Made by a program: the position numbers and the translations under genes | Source: an uncultured virus (IMG/VR IMGVR_UViG_3300003322_000362) | Lineage: Duplodnaviria; Heunggongvirae; Uroviricota; Caudoviricetes; Crassvirales | IMG/VR virus record: IMGVR_UViG_3300003322_000362 | Strand: one strand, 5' to 3' | Length of the DNA: 64,000 nucleotides | Shown here: in pieces, positions 46,070-58,000 of the stretch | Layout of the letters: every line of letters starts with the position of its first letter | Numbering within the stretch: the first letter of the stretch is position 1 | The notes under the pieces: model-generated | Databases searched by the model: none | Seen by the model: only the letters and a program-made list of their open reading frames with translations | Told to the model about the DNA's origin: nothing

Positions 46070-49000
46070 ATGCCAGATTTCAATCCTGATGCAATTGCTG
46101 CTGGGTTACAACAACTCAAGGCAGCTACTCCTACACAACAAAATTTTCAGAATCCTTATAGTACTTTAGGTACTACTAGGGATTCTAATTTTCTGCAAGG
46201 TCTTACTTATGACCGAAATCCGGAATATATCAAAGCAGTAAATCAAGGCTTTCTATCTAGTATGGGTAATGCAGTAGCTCAGACTGCTGTAGGTATTCCA
46301 TTAGAAATTGCAGAAGGAATAGGATATTTAGGCGTAGGTGATATAATGGATAAAGTTGCTAAAACAGAGCAAGATTTTGGTAATTCATTTTCTAATAAAA
46401 TGAGAGAATGGAATGAACAATTTAAACAAAATGGTGCTCCTGTCTATACTACTCCTGATGATCAAGGATTTAAACCTTGGGATTATAAATGGTGGGCTAC
46501 AAATGCTCCTTCTATTGCTAGTGCAATCTCATTATTAATTCCTGCTACTGGAGCAGTAAAAGGTATTGGAAAATTAGGTAAAGCTATTGGTGGATTAAAT
46601 GCAGCTAAGAAATTAGGTATCACTACAGAAGCTTTAAATCTTGGTGAAACTATAGCAATGGCTGGAGTTTCAAGACATATGGAAGGAATGATGGAAGGAA
46701 TGGAAACCTATCAAACTCTTTATGATCAAGCTAAAGCTCAAGGAAAAAGTGATGAAGAAGCTTCTAAGATAGGAGCAGAAGGTGCCACAGAAACATATAA
46801 TAAAAATTGGCCATTAATTGCAACTGATATTTTGCAATTTGGTATGGCTTTTAAATCTTTTAATCAACTTAGTAGAATAAAATCATTTAATGAAACTGCT
46901 AAAAAAGCAGTTAGTTCTACCCTTGCATCTAAATTATTAACTCAAGCTGGAACCGAAGCAGGTGAAGAAGGTTATCAGTATATAGTAAGTGAAGAAGCTA
47001 AAAGAAGAGCTGCTATTACTAATAAATTAGAACCAGAAGATTATACTACTTATCCAGAAAGATTAATGAAGTATGTATCATCTGGAGATTTTTGGACTTC
47101 AGCTTTTATAGGAGGTTTAGGTGGTGCTGCTTTTGAAGGTGTAGCAGCAAGAGGAGAAGGAAAAAATGTAGCTAAACAGGAAATAATTGATAATGCACAA
47201 AAATCAGCTATAGAAAAATCTGTATCTATTTATAGAAATGATCCTATAGCTTTTACAAAATCTACTGATACTGATTTAGGAGTTATTATGCTCAATGCTA
47301 TTCAAAATGGAAGAGCAGATAAAGTAGAAGAATTCTTAAATCAGATGAAAGAAGGTAAATATGATGATCTCTCAGAAGAAGATAAGAAAATTGTTAATGA
47401 AAAAGCTAATATTGCTTTAGATGACTTGAAGTATATGGAAAATGTATATAATAATATATACAAAGATCCTACTAAAGCAAATACAATAGAAGATCAAGAA
47501 TTAATTAGATTTGAATTAGCTAATAGATATGATTTAAGAAGTAATAAGAGAATATTAGCTAAATTAGAAGAAACTCAAACTAGTAATTTAGCTACTATTA
47601 CTAATGAAAGAGGTCTTACAGCAGATTATAGCAAACTTCTTAGAGCACAAACTGAATTAGAAATAATTAAAGAAGATTTAAAAGATAAAGATGTAGTTTC
47701 TAAAGAAATAAAAGAAGCTAAAATAAAATCTTTAGAAGAAGAAATTAATTTTGTTAAAGGTATTATTAAACAAAATGGAGATACTGAGGAAAAGATTAAT
47801 GAGAAACTTAATATTAACAAATCTGCTTTAAGAACTACATCTTTTGATAAAGTAGTATATGATTTAAAGGTAGATCAGGTTAATAAAGATTATGATGAAT
47901 TACAAACACAAAAAGGAAGAGATAAAATATCAGAAGATGTTTCTAAGTTCAAAAATAAGCAAATAGATAAAGCTTATAATGATATAGTTAACCAAATTAC
48001 TCCTGATGCTGATTTTAAAAAATTATCTGATTTAAAAGATACTGCTAGTTCATTAAATAAGTTAAAAGAATTTACTGAGGAATATAATAAAAGAGTAATT
48101 CAATTTAAACAAACTGCTCCTAAATTTTCTCCTAATGTACCAGCAGCTAGTTTAACAGATAGATGGCAAAATAGAAAATTATTACAAGAACATGAAACAG
48201 CAGAAATATCTAAATTAGCTTTAAAAACAGGAGGTTTACCAGAAAATACTGATTTAAACCCTGATTCTATTGGCAATTTATATACTAAAAATCCAGCATT
48301 TAGCGCTGCTGTAAATCAATATTTTGCTAAATCTCAATCATTAAGTAATATTCCAGAAAATAGTGATACTAAAAAACAATCTACTTCTAGTAATCCACAA
48401 GATATTAATAATAAGAATGGAGAAGCTTTAAAAGAAAAACCTGCTTCAACAAATAATAAATCTGCTTGGAACTTACAAGGAGTTCAATTTGAAATGACAG
48501 ATGGTGTACCTGATATTAATAAACCAGCTACATCAAATGTAGCTAAAAAGATTAATTGGGAATTTTTAAATCAAGGTAAATTACCATTAGATGCAACGTT
48601 ACACTTTGAATATGATTTTGAAGACGATTGGAATAAAACTAAAGCTAAAGGAGCTAATGATGCTCTTTTTGAATTGGTTTATTATGTTGATGGAAGTGAA
48701 TACAATAAACAATCATCTAATAGAATAGTAGTAGGTGTGTTATCCTCATATTCTAATGAGAGTAATTATGAATCTATTGCAGCTAAACAAGAACTTAACT
48801 ATTTAAGATCTAGTTTATATAATACTGTTCAAGCTTCTGGTTCTAAAACTGGAACTATTACTCTTAATAGAACTGCAAAAATAGATAAAATAATAGGAGG
48901 CAGATTTTGGAATACTAAAGAATTTAAGAATCCAAAAGATGTTCTTAAGTCTACTGATAAATTTGTATTGGCTATTGGTAGAAAACTTAGATTTGGTAAT

Positions 49001-52000
49001 GAGATAAAATCTACTCTTGATACTAATGGTCATGAGTGGCAAGATAGAATTACATATTCTAATGTAACACCTGGATCTGTATATTTACTTACAGAAGCTC
49101 CAAGTGGTGATATATTACCTTATAAATTATTTACTAAGAAAGTAAAAGAGATAGAAAATCTTTCTACTCTTGTAGCTACTTATATGAGACAAATAGGTAG
49201 TACTGCAAATCCAGAAGAGAAAAAATCTATAATGGATGATCTTAATACAATTGCTTCTGTTAAAAAAGTTAATTTCTTTCAAGGTAAATTTTATATTACA
49301 TTAGGAGATATAGAAAACCCAGCTACTCTTGAAGTAGCTGATGCTGATTTAGAAAAAGCAGTAGGAGATCTTGTAGTACAAATAGATGTTAATAAAATTA
49401 ACAAAGGAGATTATAATGATTTAATTGCTAAAGAAGGTTATATAACTACTGATTTAAATGTAGGTACTTTCTTTCACTCTACTAAAGTAGCTATTAAACC
49501 AGTTCTTTCTTCTAAAGTTGAAACTAAAGCAAAAGATACTACAATTAAAAATGAAAAGAATTTTCCTGATCAAATTAAAACTCTAAAAGAATCTGCTAAA
49601 AGAGCACTTATTACAACTAAAAATACTTTATCAGAAACTACTGATGAAGATGAAGTTAAAAAATTAAAGGATAGAATAGAAAATTTTGAATTAATAATTA
49701 ATTCAGATAATATACTAATAGGAGATTATACATTTAGAAAAGAGGAATACAAGGGAGTTGTTATAAATAATAAACCTATCTCAGCCACTGGAGATACTTT
49801 AAAAGGTGTTTCAGCTATAAGGTTATTAGATAGTGTGAAAACAAATCCTACTCCTCAAAATACAGTTATAGCTAAAACTGCTCCAAATCCAATAAAAGGA
49901 ATTGGGAAGACCTCTGTTACTTTCGGACAAGGGAACCCAAAACATAAAATAGCTACAGAGGAAGCACAATATACTCCATTAAATGAAAGTGAAGTAAGAA
50001 ATTGGTTTAATAAGAATCTTCCTCAAGTAAAAGTAGATTTTACTCCTAATCTTATTGAAATAGATAAGAATGGAGGTAGAAAAGCGTGGGGAAAATTCTA
50101 TGAAAGTGGTATTTTATTATATAATGGAGCACCAAAAGGTGTAGAACATCATGAAGCTTTTCATGCTGTATTTAATCTCGCTTTAAATGATCAAGAAAGA
50201 ACAGATATTCTTAAAGAAGCTAAAGGAGTTAACACTGAACTAACTGATTCAGAAGCAGAAGAAATATTAGCTGATAATTTTATTAGATATGTACAACAAA
50301 ATGATTTAAATGATATTACTATAGGATCTAAAATTAGAAATTTCTTTAGAAAATTATATGACTTTTTTAAATCAGTATTTACTAATGATATTAATGTAGA
50401 AACTTTATTCCAAAGAATTAATAATGGATATTATAAAGATAAAAAATTAGCTACTAGTGATATTACATTATACAAAATTAGTGGAGTCAATCCTTATACA
50501 GTTAAAAGAAATATAGACACTCTTAATTATTACTTTTTTCAGGCTCTCAATGAATATAAAGATGCAAATTCATTAGGTGATTTAGATGACGTATCTGCTA
50601 TTAAAAAAATAGATAATGATTTAGATCAGGCTATATTTTCTCTTTATGGCACAGTATATAATGGTGTAGTTGAAGCAAGAGATAATGCTATAAAAAATAA
50701 TCAAGTTGATTTATCTAATGAGTTATTAGATTTATTAGAGAAGTTTATTGTTGTAGAAAATGGAATAGTTACTGGTAAAGGAGACTATTATATGTTAGCA
50801 GTAAGAGATTTATCTAAATATGGTATAAAATTAATTGCTAATGAAGAAATTTCAGAAGCTTATGATTCTCAAACTGATGAAAAGCAATTTGAAATAGTAG
50901 AGGAAGAAGAAGCTTTAGAAGGATGGCAAGTAAAAGCTCTTGAAGTAAATGGAAAAGATACATTATCATTTAATGTAAGAAAAACTCTTAGACAAACTAC
51001 TGAATATGAATTAAATGATAATGGTGAATTCGAAGAAATTCAAGATAAATATGGATTTAAAAAGTTTGTAAATTTTGATGAAATATATAATTATATAGAA
51101 TCTCATATAGCTGATACTTTTGATGCAGATCAGATGATAGATAAGTTAAATGAACTTATGTATCATAAACCTGAAATATATGGTATAGTACAAAAATTAG
51201 AGAAAGATGAAGTGCTTAAAACTCAATTCTTTACAAATTTTTCTAAAGCATATATACCATATATGCAAATCATACAAAGAAATAATAGATATAGAGATGA
51301 GACTGGTAATATTTTTACTAGTACTAGATATAGTATATATAATGCTAATAGAAAGAATTTATCACAATTGTTAATTGATGAATGGAACAGTAATTTAAAT
51401 ACTCCAGGACATAATAGTGTAGTTACTAAAGATTATAAAATTGATACTATAAAAGCTAAAGCAGCTTTAAAAGAATTTGATGATATTATATCTATAGTTA
51501 AAAAATCAAGAAAAGTTAATCTTGATCTTAATAATAAATTATCTGATATATTACTAAAATTTGGAGTAAATATTCCTGCAGAAGTATTACAGAAAGAATT
51601 TGTAGAACATCCTGTTAATATAGGTGGTAAAATTGTACAATTCAAAGCGTATGATAACTATATTGCTTTTGTAGCAGGAAATGAATCTATTAGAAATATT
51701 ATAGCTTCTATTGCAGGAGATGTAAATCCTTATGAAGGTAATAATGTAGAAACAAATTCTATTCAAAATGTAACTAGATTAGTAGCTAGAAATATTCCTA
51801 ATTTACATCAAGATACTTTTAATAATGTTGATGGAAAACAAGTTTATAGTTATGTATTACCTACATTTTTAAATAAGAAATTACAAGAACTTAAAACAGA
51901 AGAAGGATTAAATCAATATCTTAACAATTGGTGGTTTAAGAATAATGCTTGGTTACAAGCAATGAAAGAAAGTGATTTAGTAAGAGAGCAATTTGGATTA

Positions 52001-55000
52001 GTTATATTAGATGGTTTATTACAAGAGAATAAACAAGGTGTCAAATATTATAATATGGTTGATACCCAATTAGATATATCTGATATTAATATGTTCGATA
52101 ATAATGGAAGTAATTCTTTAGCTTATTATAGATTACCTATTCTTTCAGATTCTCCTCAAGCTCCATATCTTAGGTTCAAAAAATTTAGTCAACCTGAAGT
52201 TATTACAGCTCTATACAATCTCGCCTTATCCGAAAAAGATAGGATCGTGATGGCTCAAAATACTGATATAAAAATTAAGAATTGGAATGATGATAGAGCA
52301 AATGGAACTAGTTATCAATTTTTACCTTTTCTTAACGATGATAAAATAGATGTATCTAGTGAAGATGATACTAAAAGAGCTATAACTAGATGGTTAGAAG
52401 AAGAATTTAAAGTAGAAGAAACTAGACTTAAAAATAATGATGTATTAACTAAGCAAGGTGCTTTTAATGATTCAGTAAGTTCTAATGCAGCAAGAAATAA
52501 AGATTTTCTAAGAAATTATTTCTATAATAAAGTTCTTGCTAATGCAATGATTACTCAATTAACTTCAGTTGATTTAGCTTTCTATAAAGATTATGATGAT
52601 TTCCAAAAAAGGAATGGTCAAATCTTTAAGTTTACAAAGATGATTGATACTGAAGCTAATTGGAGAGGATATACTCCTGAAAAAACTTATACTTCTATAT
52701 TTCTTAAAGATGAAATTATTAAATCAGAATTGAAAGATTTTGTATATGATGATTTAATTAAAAAGGGATATGACAAAGATTATGCTAAAAAAGTATCAGA
52801 TGCTTATGATAATGTAAACCAAACTGATGCTCAATCTTATATTACAATTGATAGATATAGAAAAATAAAGATTGGTGTAGGAGAATGGACAGATACTCAT
52901 GAAGATGCTTATAAGCTTATAAAGAAAGGTAAGGCGTGGGATGATTCTTATAATTTATTATTTCAACCTATTAAACCTTTCTATTATAATCATCATCTTA
53001 TTCCTAATACAGATTTACTTACTCCTATGCAGAATAAGAATAGTGAAGCTGTATTACTTCCTAATTTAGCTAATAAGAGCAAAACTCTTAAAGCTTTATT
53101 AAAATATATGAATGATAATAATGTTGATTCAGTTCAATTTGTATCAGCAGTAAAAGCTGGTGAATATGGAGCTGTATCTTCTACTAATCTTAATGAAGCT
53201 ACTATTCATACTTTAGATAATAAGTATTATGGTATCCAACAAGAAACACCCGAACATCATATTGATACTGATAATTTGTTTGGTTCTCAGTTACGGAAGC
53301 TTGCAATTGCTGATATTCCTACTGAAACTAAGTTTGGAAATTATACTAAAGAAGAATACATAGATAAATATCATCAATTATTAACTAAGAATATAATTGA
53401 TTCTTATAATGATATAGAAGGAGAATTTAAAGATATTAGAAAGATTCAGAAATTATTACTTGAACAAGTAATAGAAAGAAATCTTGGTGAATCATTTGAA
53501 AATGCTCTTCAAATAGTTAAAGATCCACAAGGTAATGAAGTATTTAATTTACCTCTTTATCATCCTATTCATGCTAAAAGATTTGAAAGTATTCTTAATT
53601 CACTTGTAAGAAGTTCAGTTACTAAACAAAAAATTAATGGTGGTAACTTTGTTCTTATGAGTAATTTTGGTTTTACTAATGAATTAAAAGTAGTTACTAA
53701 TAAAGAAACAGGAGCAGTAGAATATATGGAGGTAATGTTACCTCCTTGGACTAAAAAATGGTTTCCTAGAAAACCTAATGGAGAAGTTGATTTTGATCTT
53801 ATTAATAAAGAAGCTCCAGATATTTTAAATTTATTTGGCTATCGTATTCCTACAGAACATAAGTATTCTATGAAGAAACTTAAAGTAGTAGGATTTACAC
53901 CAGATATTATGGGAGGTATTGCTATGTTACCAGCAGAAATAACTAAAATTGCTGGTGAAGACTTTGATATTGATAAGATGTATGTAATGATACCTAATTT
54001 TGAATCAAAAGATGGTAGATTACAGAAAGTAAAATATAATCTTGATGATATAGATTCTTTAACTAAAGAGCAAAGAGATAATGCTCTTATAGATATTATA
54101 AGTACTATTTGGTCACATCCAGTAATGAGTGATCAAATTCTTATTCCTGGAGGTTTTGATAATCTTAGTAGATTGGCAAAAGAAATGCGAAATATTAATA
54201 TGAGTTCTTCTTATGCTAATCCTATTCTTCCAGGTACTCAAATGGAATATTTTCAAAGAAATACTAATGGTTCTAAACTTATAGGTATTGCAGCTAATCA
54301 AAATACTAATCATGCTATATCTCAATATACAGATATGGCTTTGGTTAATCCTATAGAATTTGACGATAAAAAATTAACTGAATTAAATAAATTAAAGTCT
54401 TTAGATAATAAGCTTATATCAAGAAATCTTGCTGAATTTCTTGCAGCTTTTGTTGATAATGCAAAAGATCCTGTAGCTAATGATCTTAATCTTAATACAT
54501 TTACTTTTGATACTGTAGCTACTATAGTTAGATTAGGATATAGTTTAGATACTGCTATTTATTTTGTTAATCAACCAATTGTAAAAGCTTATACTAAACA
54601 ATATTATAAGGCAGGTGGTACAAGATCATCTGAAACTAAAGCTTATAATCTTGTAAAAGATGCTTTAACTAAGAATAGAAAATTAGAAGTAGAACCTAAA
54701 GTATATTCTTTTACTACAGATAGATTACGTTCTACATTATTCATAGAACCTGGAACAACTTTAGGAACTATAGATGATGAAAGAGCTACACAGCAATTAA
54801 AAGTTCTCTATACTTTTCAAAAGTATAAAGAACAAGCTAATTCATTAGCTAAAGTTGTTAGATCAACAAAAGCTGATACATTAGGTACTAGAAAAACTAT
54901 TGCAGGAAATGCTACTGCTCTTAGAGATGTTAATGATGCTTTAACAGATAAGAATTTAACTGGTGTAAATGAAATTTTTATAGGAGATAAATATCCATTA

Positions 55001-58000
55001 GTTAAAGTATCTACAGAATATGGTTTAAGAAAACCTCAAGAAGAATTATTATCTATCTATTTTCCTTATAATAAAATAGCATATACATCATTATATGATG
55101 TAATGACTGCAAATAAAGGAAGACAATTGAGTGAAGATGAAGTAAACTATATTAATAATACTACTCTTGTATACTATACATCTGGATTTGATTTCTTTAA
55201 ACAAAGTGAAAAAAGTGCTTTTGTAAATCAATTTCCTAAATATTTTCTTAAATTCAAAGATAATATAGAAATCAATAAGTTTGATTTTATGCGTTATCTT
55301 AGATTTGTAGCTAAAGGAACTAATAATTCTATAGATAAAATAGAATTTAGTTCGGCAGCTACAATTTCTAATGAACAAAGAGAAATTCTAACTAGATCAT
55401 GGGATGCTATGTTATCTAGTGATAATCCAGAAATTGCTAAATTAGCTAGAGATCTAGTTAAATATAGTTTTCATACTAATGGATTATCATTTACTTATGC
55501 AGGTTTCTCTCACTTAATTCCTAGTGATTATTTAGATAAATTAGTTGATACTCAAGGAGTAACATTTAGAGATTACTTACATAAATTACAATTAGATAGT
55601 CAAAATCCTAAATTATTTGACAATCTTATTGAACAAATTTATAGACATGATGATCAGAAAGGATTAATTCCTAGATTAAATGAGGAAGATATTGAGAATA
55701 AAATTTCTTCTAAAAAACTTATATCATCTGTTATATTAGCTCCTACAGATACAGAACCAACTACAAAATATTTCAAATTATATAATCCAAATGGTAAAAT
55801 ATATGTATATAAATATAGTGGAACTACATCTACTAAAAATCCTGTATATAATATAATTGAAACATTAGGTGAAGGTAATATAACTGAGTATAGTTTAGAT
55901 TCTATTCCTAAATCTGTAATAGCAATTAACAATCTTCCTACTTTTTCCGAGAAGGACTTCTATGCTACTACAGATCAATCAAGTCCAGGGCAGGAATATT
56001 ATCAAATAAAAGGTGGTAGAGATTTAGAAATTAAATATGAACTTGTTGATGCATTAGGACAATATAAAAAATATGGTAAAGAAGGAAATGGTGCTTCTAG
56101 TACTAAAGTTTATAAAAAATTAATCGAAGATTTAGCTAAAATAAATAAAGACATTAGAGGAACTGGTTATAAGGCTCTTCCTGGTAAAACAGTTTTAGAT
56201 GGTAAAACCTATTGGATAGGTCAGATAGTAGAAGAATTTGCTCAAATAGAAGGAGAAGCAATGCCTAATAATGAATTAAATGATTATTTAAAGGCTTGGT
56301 TCAATAAATTAGGAGGTAAAGTAGAATATTATGAAGATTTAAAACAACGAACTGGTAATGATGTAACTGCTATAGCTGATATTGGAAATAAATTAATAAG
56401 TATTTCTAAAAAAGATGAAGGATTAGATACTCTTCCTGAAGAAATTGGTCACTTTGCTGAAGCTTATGGTAGAGGAACATTAGCTCATAGTAAACTTTTA
56501 GATTTAGTAACATTTACTCCCGAATATCAAATTACTGTAGAACAATATGGAGAAATTTATAAGAATAATGAACTTAAATTAAAACAAGAAACTATTGGTA
56601 AATTAATAGGTAAAGCTATTATTAAAAAATATGAAGATACTAAAGTTAATAATATAATTCTTACCTATCTTAAAAAGCTTTGGAATGATTTCATTTCATT
56701 ATTTAGAAATCAAAATGAAGTAACTTATAGACAAGAAATAGAAGATATTACAGGTAAAATTGCAGAAGATATATTATCTGGTAATATTGATATTTTACCT
56801 ACTTCTGTGACTATTGATGGAAAATTCTATCAATTAACTACTAATGTGGGAGAAAAAGCAGAGGAAATTCTTAAAACAGGTATAGATGCTACCTATAAGA
56901 AGATCAAGCTATATGAGAGAAAAGCTCTTACAGAATTTACAGAGCGTGAGAGACAACTTTTAGCTAAATTATCTAGTGATTTAGATAAGAAAAAGTATCA
57001 AAGAGGTTTGCTTAATTATACTATTAATGCAAAACGTGAGCTTAGAAAAATTGTAAAACGTTATGAGAAAATAAATAGAAATCCTGAAACATTAGAAGAT
57101 AAGAGAAATACTCTTAAAACTCTTAATCAAATGAATAATTATGTATTAGGATTTAAAGATACATTAGACAGTATTGCAAAATCAGATGTATTTCAAGGAC
57201 CAACATCAGAAATGAAGTTAGTATCAAGATTTATATCTGAAACTGCTGAATTAGTAAATAAACTTCATGCAGAATATTATAATATTGGTAAACCAATATT
57301 AGTTAATATTCTTAGAGAATTTTCTACTAATCCTAATGAAAATATATCTCAAGCATTAGACATACTTGAAAAGGATATTACTTTTACACAACGTTTTTTA
57401 GATCAACTTGCAGAAGCTGATGATTCTATATTGAATATTATAGATGTAATGGTAAAAGATGCTAAACATCGTGGTAGATTAAAAACTCTTGAGATCACTA
57501 AAATTCTTGTTAAAGCTCAAAAGATATTAGAATCTAAAGGAGTACCTAGTACTCAATTTATGTATGAAAGAGATTTTTCTGGTAAATTAACAGGAAGATT
57601 AATATCTGAATATAATATAGGAGAATTTGATAAACAAAAGAGAAAATATTTTGAATTAAATCCTAGACCTAAACAAGAGGATTATATTAATGGTTCAGAA
57701 TTTACTACTGCATTACATGAATATAATATTAAAATAGGTAAGTGGTTTCAAGATAATACTCAAACTCATCCAGATAAAGATCAGATTATAAAAAATAAGA
57801 AAGAAGAACTAGCTAAACAATATACTAATCCTAAATTAGCAGAACAGAAGTATAATGAATGGTTTGAAGCTAATACAAGGCAAAGTAATTATTATGATCC
57901 TATTATTAAAGAATATAAAAGTGATACAAGATATATTAAAGAATTAGCTGTACCTGCCGAGAAATATAGAAGTGAACAATATTCTTCTATGCTTGCTAAT